NCBI GenBank assembly: GCA_963735185.1
Contig: CAVTJV010000007.1
Coordinates: 1,151,009 to 1,215,008 of the forward strand
Reading direction: 5' to 3'
Source of the DNA: an uncultured Thermoplasmata archaeon
GTDB lineage: Archaea; Thermoplasmatota; Thermoplasmata; Lutacidiplasmatales; UBA184
DNA: 64,000 nucleotides
A program made the position numbers and the translations under genes. Below are positions 36,529 through 46,615 of the stretch, piece by piece (the first letter of the stretch is position 1; the number at the start of each line of letters is the position of its first letter). The notes beneath the pieces were generated by a model that was given only the letters and a program-made list of their open reading frames with translations, ran no database searches and was not told the origin of the DNA.

Positions 36529-37619
36529 CGTCCCGTGGTCCGTTGGCGGGTCCCGGGCCGGACCCGGACCATAAGGTGTTCGGTGGTACGCGTGACCACC
36601 TGGTAGGCCGGGTCGTCCGAGGGCAGTCGAAGGACGAGGGGGCGACCGGGCATCCCGGGAACGACCAGGGCGGCCTCCGGCTCGCCGAGCCATTTCCAGG
36701 GTTCGACGAGCGCCGCCCGCGCAAGGAATGCCGCCGATACCGGTCGTCGGCGGAGCCGGGAGGCGACGTAGGCGAACTCCAGCTCTCGCCAGAGCGACGG
36801 GGCGTGGAACATCGCGTTGTCGGTCCCGACCAAGACGGACAGCCCGAGCCGCTCCATCGAGTAGAGGTCGGGCTGGCGGCCGAACAGGGCGTTCGACCGA
36901 GGGCAGACCGCGACCGAGACGCATTCGTCCCGCACTCTCTCGAGGTCGTCGACGGTCGCCTTCGTGAGATGGACGAGCAGGTCCGGTCGCGGGTCGAGGT
37001 AGCGTTCCGGCTTCTCCCGGACCGCTTCGCTCGCGTGAAGTCCGAACTTCTTTCCCGCCGCGCGACAGGCGCGAGCGACCGTCCGACAGGTCTCGTCGGT
37101 CTCGTCCCGAGCGCTCGAGAGCCCTACCCCGTCCGCCACCGCGAGGAGCCGGGCGAGCTCGTTCCGGACGACCGGTCGGGCGAGGGGACGGCCCAACGCG
37201 AGGACTCGGACCGAGCTTCCGCGGGCCGCCTCGCGGAGGAGCTCGACCCCGGGTCGCCCCTCTTCGCGGAAGTCGACGGTCACCGCGACGCCGGCTCGTT
37301 CCATCCGATGGAGGGCGGCGCGGATCGCCACGACCTTCTCCCGAGGAGATGCGCCCGCCAACAGTCGGAACTTGTAGCCGTTCGGAGGTTGGATGAGCCG
37401 GGAAACCGGGCCCGGAGGGGGCTCGCGGACCGAGACCGCGTCACCGAGGTGGGTATGGGCGTTGATGGGAGGGGGCACGACGATCCCGTGGACCGTCCGC
37501 TCGCCCCGGCGCCGACCTTCGGTGCCCCGGGCGCCGACCTCCGTGACGTGGCCCTGGGAGAGGCGAACGTAGGCCGGTCGCGCTCCCTCGATGTCCAGAA
37601 TGGCTCCTACGACGAGCAT
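36525..37619 (-). CDS. Amidohydrolase family protein (chlorohydrolase/deaminase-like)
   Basis: 364 aa. PPINAHTHLGD (HxH metal motif), ...HASE..., GTDN. The stop overlaps the glyS start. Confidence 0.65.
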   Translation of the reverse strand: MLVVGAILDIEGARPAYVRLSQGHVTEVGARGTEGRRRGERTVHGIVVPPPINAHTHLGDAVSVREPPPGPVSRLIQPPNGYKFRLLAGASPREKVVAIRAALHRMERAGVAVTVDFREEGRPGVELLREAARGSSVRVLALGRPLARPVVRNELARLLAVADGVGLSSARDETDETCRTVARACRAAGKKFGLHASEAVREKPERYLDPRPDLLVHLTKATVDDLERVRDECVSVAVCPRSNALFGRQPDLYSMERLGLSVLVGTDNAMFHAPSLWRELEFAYVASRLRRRPVSAAFLARAALVEPWKWLGEPEAALVVPGMPGRPLVLRLPSDDPAYQVVTRTTEHLMVRVRPGTRQRTTGR

Positions 37620-37713
37620 GCCGTGTTCGCGGGGAGGCTTTCGGCGACTTAAGCGGCGTACCGGGTTCCCCCAAGCGATAAGGGACCGAGGGGCTCACGG
37701 GATTCCGCGGACC

Positions 37714-38589
37714 ATGTCGGCAGCGGTCACCGACCGGCCCCGGGACCTGCTCGTCTCGGGTCACGTCATCCTCGACCGGTTCCTATCGGTACGTTCGTTC
37801 CCCGCCGCGGACCGAACCGTCCCCGTCCTTCAGTACCGGGCGGAGCTCGGGGGCACCGCCACGAACATCGTGCGGACCGCCTCGAAGCTCGGGGTGGCCA
37901 CGGGCCTCGTGGCTCGCGTGGGGGACGGATTCCCGGACGAGTACGTCGCGGAGCTCAAGAGGTCCGGGGTCGACGTTCGGGGGCTTCAGCGGGTCCGCGG
38001 GAAGCCGACTCCCACGTGCTACATCATCGAGGACCACGAGGGTACCCAGCGGACGCTGATCGACCAAGGAGTCATGGGGGAGAGCCGGGGAGCGCCGCTC
38101 CCCGGCCGGTGGCTGGAGGAGTACTCCTGGCTCCACCTGACGACCGCGGACCCGGCGTTCCAGCTCCGTCTCCAAGAGCTGGCGCGGGCGCGCGGCCTCC
38201 GGGTCGCGGCGGACCCGGCGCAGGAGATCCATTACCGGTGGGACCGTCGGTCGTTCCGCTCGCTCCTCCGCGGGTCGGAGCTCCTCTTCGGCAACCGCTC
38301 CGAGATCGCCCGCGCTCTCGAGTTCGTCGGCGCCGATCGACCCGAGGGGCTGCTCGAGTTCGTGCCGCTCGTGGTCCGAACCGAAGGCCGGGGTGGAGCC
38401 ACCGCCTTCTCCCGGGCGGGTATCGTCCACGTCGGCGCGACCCGTCCGACCCGGGTTCGAACGCTGGTCGGGGCAGGGGACGCCTTCCGGGGCGGTTTCT
38501 ATGCGGCGTGGTTCGCCGGTCAACCTCTCTTCGGGTGCCTCACGGCCGGAACCCGCAGCTCCGCCCGGTGGATCGAGGGAACCCGATAG
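37714..38589 (+). CDS. PfkB family carbohydrate/nucleoside kinase
   Basis: ...GGTATNIV..ASKLG... at the N-terminus and the C-terminal VGAGDAFRGGF signature. ATG at 37714. Confidence 0.8.
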   Translation: MSAAVTDRPRDLLVSGHVILDRFLSVRSFPAADRTVPVLQYRAELGGTATNIVRTASKLGVATGLVARVGDGFPDEYVAELKRSGVDVRGLQRVRGKPTPTCYIIEDHEGTQRTLIDQGVMGESRGAPLPGRWLEEYSWLHLTTADPAFQLRLQELARARGLRVAADPAQEIHYRWDRRSFRSLLRGSELLFGNRSEIARALEFVGADRPEGLLEFVPLVVRTEGRGGATAFSRAGIVHVGATRPTRVRTLVGAGDAFRGGFYAAWFAGQPLFGCLTAGTRSSARWIEGTR

Positions 38590-38659
38590 GGCCTCCGCAG
38601 GGAGGTCTCACCTCGGTCGCCGGGAACAACGGTTAAGCGGTCCGTCGCATCGGTCGCCC

Positions 38660-39483
38660 GTGGCGCGTCGCAACCTCGCGGTCGCGATCCTTTCTATCGA
38701 GGGGACGAACTGCGACGACGAGCTCCGCGAGGGGCTCGCGACCCTCGGAGCGCGTCCCGAGATCGTCCACTTGAAGCAGCTCGAGGGGCGGGACGTCCTC
38801 CCCGAGGCGCGGCGTCGGCTCTCCGATTATCAGGTCCTGTTCGTTCCCGGAGGGTTCTCCGCGGGGGACTACGTGCGCGCGGGAGCGATCTTCGCCGCCC
38901 GCGTGCGCGCCGCGATCGGCCCCGAGCTCGAGGAGTTCGTACGCAGCGGTCGGATCGTGGGGGGGATCTGCAACGGTTTCCAGGTCCTCACCGAGCTCGG
39001 CCTGTTCCGGGCCGGCCCGGCGGACATCTCGTGACCCCCGAGGCCGCCCTCATGACCAACGACTCTGGCCACTTCGAATGCCGTCCTACGTTCGTCTCGT
39101 GGGAGGGCGGGATCTTCCCCCCCCTTCAGGAAATCCCGAGGGGAACGCGGTTCCTCTTCCCGTCGGCCCATGCCGAGGGTAAGCTCGTCCTCGGGAGCGA
39201 GAAGCTGCGCCGCTCGCTCGAGGAGAACGGGCAGGTCCTCTTCCGGTGGGTCGCGCCGGACGGCTCGCCCGCGACGTACCCTTGGAACCCCAATGGTTCG
39301 GAAGGGAACATCGCGGGCTTGACGAACCCCGAAGGGAACGTCTTCGGTCTCATGCCCCACCCCGAGCGCTCGTTCTTCCGTGCCCAGTCGCCGGACTGGA
39401 CCCGTACGGGGTCGGCCGAAGGGTTCGGGGACGGCCACCGCTTCTTGGACGCGGTGCTCGCCCACGCGGAACGCCACGCCTAG
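38660..39483 (+). CDS. purQ: Phosphoribosylformylglycinamidine synthase I (PurQ glutaminase), reading frame broken near 39005-39033
   Basis: The N-terminal half ([13 protein letters not shown]...[10 protein letters not shown]...[14 protein letters not shown]) is in the frame of the GTG at 38660 and ends at TGA 39032. The C-terminal half (...[14 protein letters not shown]...HAEG...[23 protein letters not shown]) is in the frame of 39031. The offset is 371 nt, i.e. 3k-1. Confidence 0.85.
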
Positions 39484-40127
39484 CGCAGACCCCGACGGAG
39501 ACTCCAGACGTCGAGCCGCTCTCCTTCGAGGGCGCGGGAAGCGGCGACCTCCACGACCCCGCCGCGGGTAGCCCAGCTTCGGCGGATCTGTTCGAGGCCG
39601 TCCCGGTCCTGCCGTGAGGAGACCACGATGAAGGCGCTCCCGTCGGCGGTCAGATGCTCGTCGAGCTCCTCGACGAGGCGGGCGGTGACCCGACAGCCGT
39701 CCGGCCCTCCGTCCAACGCGAGGTTGTGCCACCGGTCAGGGTCCCTCTCCTCCGGTAGGGTTGGTAGGTACGGCGGGTTGGAGACGAGGCGGTCGAACCG
39801 TCCGAGACCGCGAGCGAGGTCGGTCCGAACGAGGGTGAGCTCCACGCCCTCCGCCCGGGCCTGCTCGCGGAGACGGCGCAGCGCGTGGGGGTTGAGGTCG
39901 GTCGCGACGACCCGAGCGCCCCGACGCGCCGCGGTGAGCGCCACGAGGCCCGCGCCGCACCCGACCTCGAGAAAGAGCGTGTCCGCGGTGACCTCCGCGA
40001 ACGGGAGCAGGAGGAGCGTATCCTCCCGCGGCGGGTAGACCGCCGCCTCCCCCAGGGAAGCTTCCCCTTCGCCCGTTTCGGGCGGTTTCGGCGTCGAGGC
40101 CGCACGACGTCTTCTTATTGGTTCCAC
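39480..40127 (-). CDS. HemK/Mtq2-like class I SAM-dependent (glutamine-N5) methyltransferase
   Basis: [12 protein letters not shown] (SAM motif I), ATDLNP, and SNPPYLP (the NPPY catalytic motif). Confidence 0.8.
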   Translation of the reverse strand: MEPIRRRRAASTPKPPETGEGEASLGEAAVYPPREDTLLLLPFAEVTADTLFLEVGCGAGLVALTAARRGARVVATDLNPHALRRLREQARAEGVELTLVRTDLARGLGRFDRLVSNPPYLPTLPEERDPDRWHNLALDGGPDGCRVTARLVEELDEHLTADGSAFIVVSSRQDRDGLEQIRRSWATRGGVVEVAASRALEGERLDVWSLRRGLR

Positions 40128-40160
40128 GCGTACTCAGCCACCCTAGAGGTATACTTGGTG

Positions 40161-40718
40161 ATGCCTCGTCGACTTTCTCCTCCGGTCAAGATCGGGATCA
40201 CGGGTCTCCCGGGCTCGGGCAAGACCCAGACGCTGCTGCGCATCATCCAGCTCCTCGAGGAGGAGGGCGTGAAGGTCGGCGGCATGGTCACGGAGCCGAT
40301 CGTGGAGAAGCAGCGGCGCGCCGGCTTCCAGATCGTCGACTGGACGACGAAGGAGCACGAGGTCTTCGCCCACGAGAGTCTGAAGTCGCGGGTGCGGTCG
40401 GGCCGCTACGGGGTCAACATCGCCGCGCTCGAGGGTCTGGGGACGCGAGCGCTCGCCGAGGCGCGCGAGTCCGCCGACGTGATCGTGATCGACGAGGTCG
40501 GGAAGATGGAGGTCGAGAGCGAGGTGTTCACGAAGAGCGTGATCGACACCCTCGATGCCCGAAAGTCGATCGTGATGACCCTCCACAAGAAATCGAGGAA
40601 CCCGCTGCTCCAGGACATCCGACGGAGGGACGAACTACGCCTGCTCGAAGTGACCCCGGTGAACAAGAACCTACTCGCGTTCAAGATCGTCCATCTCATC
40701 ACCGGCCAGGCCCACTAG
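40161..40718 (+). CDS. Nucleoside-triphosphatase THEP1 family (COG1618)
   Basis: IGITGLPGSGKT, ...GGMVTEPIVE..RRAGFQIVD..., VIVIDEVGKMEVES. 185 aa. Confidence 0.85.
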   Translation: MPRRLSPPVKIGITGLPGSGKTQTLLRIIQLLEEEGVKVGGMVTEPIVEKQRRAGFQIVDWTTKEHEVFAHESLKSRVRSGRYGVNIAALEGLGTRALAEARESADVIVIDEVGKMEVESEVFTKSVIDTLDARKSIVMTLHKKSRNPLLQDIRRRDELRLLEVTPVNKNLLAFKIVHLITGQAH

Positions 40719-40813
40719 TCCTCGCCTCCGAAGGGAGGACCGAGCTTCTCCTTCCGCGGACCGCGCCGGGCCGGGGTCCGGGCCGCCGGTCGCCGGTCTT
40801 CTACAATCCGGCG

Positions 40814-41797
40814 ATGGCCGGCGACCGGGACCTCGGGGTCGCGTTCGCGCGGGCGCTTCCCCCGTTGACCCGCGGCCTTCGGACCGGCTGGGAGATGACC
40901 GCCGCGACGGGGGTGCGGGGGCTCCGCCTCCTCCACGAATCCGGAGCGTTCGGCGCGTTCACGTTCTCGGAGGCGAACCCCGACGCGTGCCGGGTCCTCC
41001 GCGAGAACACGGCCCGTTTCCCCGGCGCGTCGGCGGTCGAGGAGGACGCCCGGGTCGTCCCCGCCGGAGCCCCGTTCGACTACGTCGACCTCGACCCCTA
41101 CGGCACGCCGGCGCCGTTCGCGCCCACGGCACTCGCCGCGGTCCGCCGCGGCGGGGTCATCGGGGTCACGGCGACCGACATGATGGTGCTCGCAGGAGCC
41201 CAGCCCTCGGCGTGCTGGCGGCGCTACGCGGCCCGACCGGTGCGCGGCCGCCTGGGACCCGAGGGAGGCCTGCGGATCCTGCTCGCCCAGCTCGCGCGCG
41301 ACGCGGAAGCGCTCGGTCGGTCGATCCGACCGATGCTCGCCTACTCGCGTGACCACTACGTTCGCGCCTACGTCGAGGTCAACTCCCATACGGACGCCGT
41401 CGTTCCCGTGGGCGTCATCGACCCCGGGACCTGGACCGGCCCATCGGTCGGGGACGAGGGGCCGTACGGTCCCCTCTGGCTCGGTCCGCTTTTCGACATC
41501 GACCTCGTCGCGCGCCTCGAGGTCCCCGACGGGGCCGCCCGCGCTCGCGAGATGGAACGGTTCCTCGCGCGTCTGAAGGAGGAGGTCACCGCCGACTGCC
41601 CGTTCTACTTCGAGGCGAACGTCCTCGCCTCCCGGCTGGAGCTCGCGGAGCCGCCGAGCCTGGAGGCCGTGCAGGAAGGGCTCCGGTCGCTCGGGTTCCG
41701 GGTCGCACGCACCCATGCGCGCCCGGAGGGGTTCCGGACGGACGCCCCTCGGACGGTGGTCGAGCAGCTGGTCCGGCGCCTCGGCAACGGGGCCTAA
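40814..41797 (+). CDS. trm1: tRNA (guanine(26)-N2)-dimethyltransferase Trm1. Coordinates run from the first canonical start; conserved N-terminal residues continue upstream to about 40722.
   Basis: ...RD...TGVRGLR...DLDPYGTPAPF...A....G..GVTATD...L.G....C.R.Y.A.P.RG...E.G.R.L.... The in-frame upstream residues LASEGRTELLLP...SPVFYNPAM also look Trm1-like, but no ATG, GTG or TTG precedes them after the THEP1 stop. Confidence 0.85.
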   Translation: MAGDRDLGVAFARALPPLTRGLRTGWEMTAATGVRGLRLLHESGAFGAFTFSEANPDACRVLRENTARFPGASAVEEDARVVPAGAPFDYVDLDPYGTPAPFAPTALAAVRRGGVIGVTATDMMVLAGAQPSACWRRYAARPVRGRLGPEGGLRILLAQLARDAEALGRSIRPMLAYSRDHYVRAYVEVNSHTDAVVPVGVIDPGTWTGPSVGDEGPYGPLWLGPLFDIDLVARLEVPDGAARAREMERFLARLKEEVTADCPFYFEANVLASRLELAEPPSLEAVQEGLRSLGFRVARTHARPEGFRTDAPRTVVEQLVRRLGNGA

Positions 41798-44636
41798 TCC
41801 CAGAAGACCCGAGTCCGGGCGTAGGCCCGTTCCGCCCGGAGGATCTCCGTGAAGAACGCGTTGTCGTCCCGGTAGAGGCGCATCAGGAGGCGGCGGGCGG
41901 TCTCCGGTCCGATTCCACGGGCCGCGAGCGCATAGAGCGCCCGCTCTCCGTAATGGGCCACGAGCTCGGCCGAGGTGTAGCCGGTGCGCACGAGCGCTTC
42001 CGTCTCGGCGGGCAGCGCTCGCTCGCGACGGGCGCGACGACCTTTCGCGGGCTTCTCCCCGGCCCGCTTCCGTTTCGCATAGGCGCTCAGCCGGTCGACC
42101 TCCTCGGTCCTTCGGGGCGAGAGGACCGCCGATAGCGACCCGTGGCAGAGGAGGCAGCGGCTCCCTCCCTCGGCCTTGTAGCGCGAAGGGCTCGTCGTCC
42201 GGACGAAACCGCACCGAAGGCAGACCAACGTGAGGGGCTCCTTCGCCAGCCGCTCCTGGACCGCCTTCAGGAGCGTCGGGGGAGGGATGTCGAGCACAGT
42301 ACGCCACTCGAGCCGTTCGAGCGGTCCGTCGGTGAACTTCGACGGCGGCGTGGCGACCACCTCGATCAGACCGTCCCGGATCCGTTCGAGGACCCCCACC
42401 GCGTGGTCGACGTCGTACCGGTCGTGGAGCGTCTTCTCGAGGGTCTCCTCGCCGAGAGGGTTCATCCGGCTCGCCGCGAGCAACGGGTCGAGGGTCCGAA
42501 GGTCGCGGGGGTCGGCCGAAGCCGGGACGACCCCGAGCTTGCGCGCGACCGCAAGGAAGACCCAGCGGTAGTCGAGGCCCGAGGGAACCAGACGCTCGAC
42601 GAGGGGACGTAGGGTCGCCGGCTCGACCGAGAGCGCGTCGACCAGCGTGGGCGAGTCGACCGCGACCGGGAGCTCGAGGACGAACCAGGTCGGCTCGACC
42701 GAGGCGACCTCGACGCGAGCCCCGAGACGGGCGGTCAGCAACCCCGCGGTCGCGAGGGAGAGGGTCTCGTTCGTCCGGGTGCCGAAGCACGCGCCGTAGA
42801 CCACCACGCGACCGTGCGTGGTGACCGTGACCCGCCGGTCCGTCGGGATCGTCCCGGCGAGCGCCGGGGCCTTCCGGCGTTCGTCGAGGTGCGCTCGGTC
42901 CTCGGGCGAGATCGGGTACTCTTCGAACGCCCCCTCCCGTCGGAGCTTTCCGATCTCCTGGGCGACATCGAACGGCACGGGAAGGTCCTCTCCGGCCCAC
43001 CGCGGCTCGCGTCCGATCTCCTGAACGGTCTCGACGAGCAGCTCGCCCTCCCGGTACTCCACGACCTTCCAGGTGCGCCCGTGCAAGAGGAAGATCTCCT
43101 CGGGCTGGGCCAGGATCTGGGTCAGGACGAACCGCTCGTCCAACGTCCCGATGAGCCTCCGGGTGCCGATGTCGCGGAGGCGGTACGTTCGCTCGTCCGG
43201 GATGAGGGAGAGCGAGGAGTAGAACCGGTGCAGGGTCCCGCGGCCCGGCGCCACGCGGTCACCGAGCCGTTTCGCGAGGCCGAGCCCGACCAGGTAATCG
43301 ATGAGCTCGTTCCATTCGGGGTCGGAGATGTCCGCCGTGGCCGCGGCGTGCTTCAGGGGTCGGAGGAGCTCGGAGAGCTCGAGGCTGCCCTCGGCACGGA
43401 GCGATGCGACCACCTGCTGCGCCGCCGCGAGCCGGTTGCGGGTGCGCCAGGCGACCGGCTCCAGCAGTCCGGCGTCGGCCCTCCGAGCGAGCACCGCCGC
43501 CTCCTCGAGGTCGTCGTCGTCCAGCGAGAGGACGGTCCCATGGATCGTCCGGTCGAGCCGGTGGCCCGAACGGCCGACGCGCTGAACGAGTCGACCGACC
43601 TGATGCGGGGAGCCGAACTGGACGACGTGGTCGACGACCCCGATGTCGATCCCGAGCTCGAGGGACGAGGTCGCGACCAACGCCCGGAGCTGTCCATCCC
43701 GGAACGCGCGCTCGGCCTCCTCCCGGACCTCTCGGGAGAGCGAGCCGTGGTGGACCGCGATCGGGAGGTCCGGCGCGAGCTTCTGCAGACGGGCCGCAAG
43801 ACCCTCGGCCGTGGGGCGGGTATTGACGAAGACCAGCGTGGTCCGATGCTCCCGGATCTCCTCTTCGACCGCCCGCAGGCCGTCAAGGAGCGTCGCGTCG
43901 GCCTTGAGCTCGCGCACGAGCGCTTCGTCGAGCGGCGGCCTCTCTCGGCCGGGCCGCGTGCGGTGAGCTCGAGCGGCCGCCGCTCTTGAGCGACCCGGAC
44001 CTCTACCGCACGCGGGGCGGGGGAAAGGAACCGGGCGACCTCGGTCGGGTTCCCGACGGTCGCCGAGAGGCCGATACGACGGACCGTCCGTCCGGTGAGC
44101 CTGTCGAGCCGCTCGAGGGTGATCGAGAGCTGCGCCCCGCGGTCCGACCCGACGAGCTCGTGGACCTCGTCAATCACCACCGAGCGAACGTTCCGTAGCG
44201 ACTCCCGGAGGCGGGCTCCGGTCAGGAGGAGCTGCAGGGTCTCGGGGGTCGTGAGCAGCAGGTCGGGGGGCCGTCGGGACTGGGTGAGGCGGGCGGAGGT
44301 CGGCGTGTCCCCGTGGCGGACCGCCGCCGTAAGCCCGACCTCCTTCGCGAGCGCGACGATGCGGTGCTCGAGGTCCCGGTTCAGGGCGCGCAGGGGAGTT
44401 ACGTAGAGGATGGAGATCGGGGGCGTTGGGTCGGTGAGACGGCGGGAGAGCAGGGGCAGAAGAACCGCCTCGGTCTTTCCCGTCCCGGTCGGAGAGAGCA
44501 GGAGGGCGTCCGCCTCCGTCGCGAGGAGCGGGAACGCCAGGCGTTGGATCTCCGTGGGCTCGACGAGCCCTCGCTCGCGGACCGCCTTCTCGAGGCGAGG
44601 GTCGAGCGTCGCGAACACGGAGGGCGGTCCGGCCAT
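41794..44636 (-). CDS. lhr: Lhr-type (large helicase-related) DEAD/DEAH-box ATP-dependent helicase, reading frame broken near 43935-43955
   Basis: N-terminal part (ORF 43353..44636): SPTGTGKT, DEVHEL, LSATVGNP. C-terminal part (ORF 41794..43917): TLVFVNTR, HHGSLS, ATSSLELGIDIG, QRVGRSGH, a winged-helix/DEAD-associated region and a CxxC...CxxC zinc ribbon. The offset is 719 nt, i.e. 3k-1. Confidence 0.88.
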
Positions 44637-44682
44637 AACAGGACCGTACGAGCCCGGCGGAACGGAAAGGGATGACGGGGGA

Positions 44683-45120
44683 TTACGGCTCGTTCGGGGG
44701 CTCGAGGTCGAGCATCTTCAGGCCGTAGCTTTCGACCAGAGGTCGCCCGAACGTTCGACCCGAGAAGCTCTCGATCAGGACCTCCTGGATCGTCCCGACC
44801 GTCGCGCGCAGGAGGTGCCCTCCGACCACCCGATGGTCCGGGCCGGCCACCGCGCCATGAAGATGGAGGGACGGGGCTCCGCCCGCACGGGCGATCGTCC
44901 CGTGGAGCGAGACGACCTCGTGCGGCACGGTCAGCTCCTGGACCTGGTACTGGCTTCCGTCCCAGTAGCCGAACGTCATCCGACGAAACATCCCGACCCC
45001 GAACACGACGGCCCCGGCGCGGATGTTCTCACGCTGCGCGAACCCCGAGATCGTCTCGAAGAGGTCCTGCCCGTCCTCCAGTCGCAACATCCACCGGCTC
45101 CCGTCGCGGACCGCTTGCAT
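44683..45120 (-). CDS. PPC domain (DUF296) protein
   Basis: 145 aa. ...GQDLFETI..FA....I.AG.V.G.G......G.......Y......P.E..SL.G.I........HLH......D....GGHL matches the DUF296/PPC pattern. Confidence 0.75.
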   Translation of the reverse strand: MQAVRDGSRWMLRLEDGQDLFETISGFAQRENIRAGAVVFGVGMFRRMTFGYWDGSQYQVQELTVPHEVVSLHGTIARAGGAPSLHLHGAVAGPDHRVVGGHLLRATVGTIQEVLIESFSGRTFGRPLVESYGLKMLDLEPPNEP

Positions 45121-45251
45121 CGGTTTCCCCTACGGTAACGTCGGCTATGGCGGTTGCACCTTGCGCGACGTTCCCCGCGGAGGGCGTTCCACCATCCCTC
45201 CCCGAGGTTCTAAACCCCCCGTGGGTTCCATCGGGTCGGAGGGACCGTACC

Positions 45252-45653
45252 GTGACGAGAGCGCTGGGAGGGTTCGAGGTCGAGATGAAGCAAGATTCGG
45301 ATCCCGACCTCGCCGAGGGGACGACCCTCGGCGCCATGGTGGTGAGCAAACGGTTCCACGGGGGTCTCGACGGGACCAGCCGGGGGCGGATGCTGACGGG
45401 AATGACCCCGGTGGACGGCTCCGCGGGGTACGTCCTGATCGAGCGGGTCCGCGGTCGTCTGCACGGCCGCTCCGGGACCTTCCTCCTCCAGCATTCGGGA
45501 ACCCTCGAGCGCGGCACCCCCCACCAAACGATCGAGGTCGTCCCGGACTCCGGGAGCGGGGAGCTCGTGGGGATCCGAGGGCGGATGACCATACAGGTCT
45601 CGGGTGGAGCGCACTCCTACGAATTCGACTACGAGGGCGTCGGCGGTCCGTGA
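45252..45653 (+). CDS. DUF3224 domain protein
   Basis: An in-frame GTG at 45252 gives about 133 aa: GGFEVEMK...K.FHGGLDGTS.G.ML......GSAGYV..E.V.G.L.GRSGTF.LQHSG......VVPDSGSGELVGI.G......GG.HSYEFDY. Confidence 0.7.
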   Translation: MTRALGGFEVEMKQDSDPDLAEGTTLGAMVVSKRFHGGLDGTSRGRMLTGMTPVDGSAGYVLIERVRGRLHGRSGTFLLQHSGTLERGTPHQTIEVVPDSGSGELVGIRGRMTIQVSGGAHSYEFDYEGVGGP

Positions 45654-45763
45654 AACGGTCACGGCTCGTTTTGGGTCACCATGTCGACCTGCCGTTCCAA
45701 TGGGCCGACCGTACCGCGAAAAGCCACAAGAGGGCCGGACCCAGAAGGAAAGGGTAATGGGTC

Positions 45764-46615
45764 ATGGACGGTAGAATAGGCGGAATGTCCACTTCGCAGT
45801 CCTCGACCGTCCCGTTACGTCCCGCCGACGAGGTCATCGCCCGTATCCGGGGCGGAGGCCGAGCGGTGGTCGCGCTTTCGGGGGGTGTCGACTCCTCGAT
45901 GGTCGCCGCACTTGCCTTCTCCGCGCTCGGGTCGGAGGCGCTCGCGGTCACCCTCACCGGACCCGCGGTTTCCGGCGTCGAGGTTTCTCGCGCGGAGCGG
46001 GTGGCGGCGGCGATCGGTGTGGAGCACGTGCTGCTGAGAGTGGACCCTCTCTCCCGGGCCGAGTACCGGGAGAATCGGTCCGACCGATGCTACTTCTGTC
46101 GCGTCGTGGAGACGTCCCTTCTGCGCGAGTTCGGGGCGGCCCGGGCGGCCGCTCAGTACCTGGACGGAGTGCATCGCGACGACCTCACCGACGACCGGCC
46201 GGGTCTCCGGGCGATGGATGAGGCTGGGTTCTCCCACCCCCTCCTGTGGGCCGGGTGGGGAAAGGCCGAGATCCGGGCCGAAGCCCGCCGCCGGGGGCTT
46301 CCGAACTGGGACCAGCCGTCGGACGCATGCCTCGCGTCGCGCATCGCGCACGGCGACCCCGTCACGAGCGAGCTCCTCGCCCGCATCGAATCCGCCGAGG
46401 CGGTCCTTCTCGGTCTCGGGTTTCGCAGGGTCCGGGTACGGGTCCAGCAGGGAGCGGCCCGGATCGAAGTCGACCCGTCCGAGGTCCCTCGGCTCCGAAC
46501 GGAACCGCTCGCGAGCGAGGTGACCCGAGCCGTGGCGTGCCTCGGGTTCACGGACGTGACGATCGACCCGCGCGGTTACCCCGGGGCCCTCCGCGAGCTT
46601 CCCGTCGTGCCATGA
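45764..46615 (+). CDS. larE: PP-loop ATP pyrophosphatase, LarE-like ATP-dependent sulfur transferase (TIGR00268-type)
   Basis: VALSGGVDSS PP-loop, ...CYFCR..., ...ACLASRI..., ...RVR....ARIEV. 283 aa. Confidence 0.75.
   Translation: MDGRIGGMSTSQSSTVPLRPADEVIARIRGGGRAVVALSGGVDSSMVAALAFSALGSEALAVTLTGPAVSGVEVSRAERVAAAIGVEHVLLRVDPLSRAEYRENRSDRCYFCRVVETSLLREFGAARAAAQYLDGVHRDDLTDDRPGLRAMDEAGFSHPLLWAGWGKAEIRAEARRRGLPNWDQPSDACLASRIAHGDPVTSELLARIESAEAVLLGLGFRRVRVRVQQGAARIEVDPSEVPRLRTEPLASEVTRAVACLGFTDVTIDPRGYPGALRELPVVP

Noticed and set aside
40715-43000. A 761-aa minus-strand ORF overlapping trm1 and lhr. Similar very long ORFs occur at 3880..5268(-), 5637..7091(-), 7082..8380(-), 8102..9667(+), 10727..12256(-), 19865..21079(-), 46576..48072(-) and 58251..59306(-).
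   Set aside because: Their translations are low-complexity and Arg/Pro/Gly/Asp-rich with no motifs. They lie antisense to, or out of frame with, genes that have unmistakable conserved motifs. Stop codons are rare at about 70% GC, so such shadow ORFs are expected.
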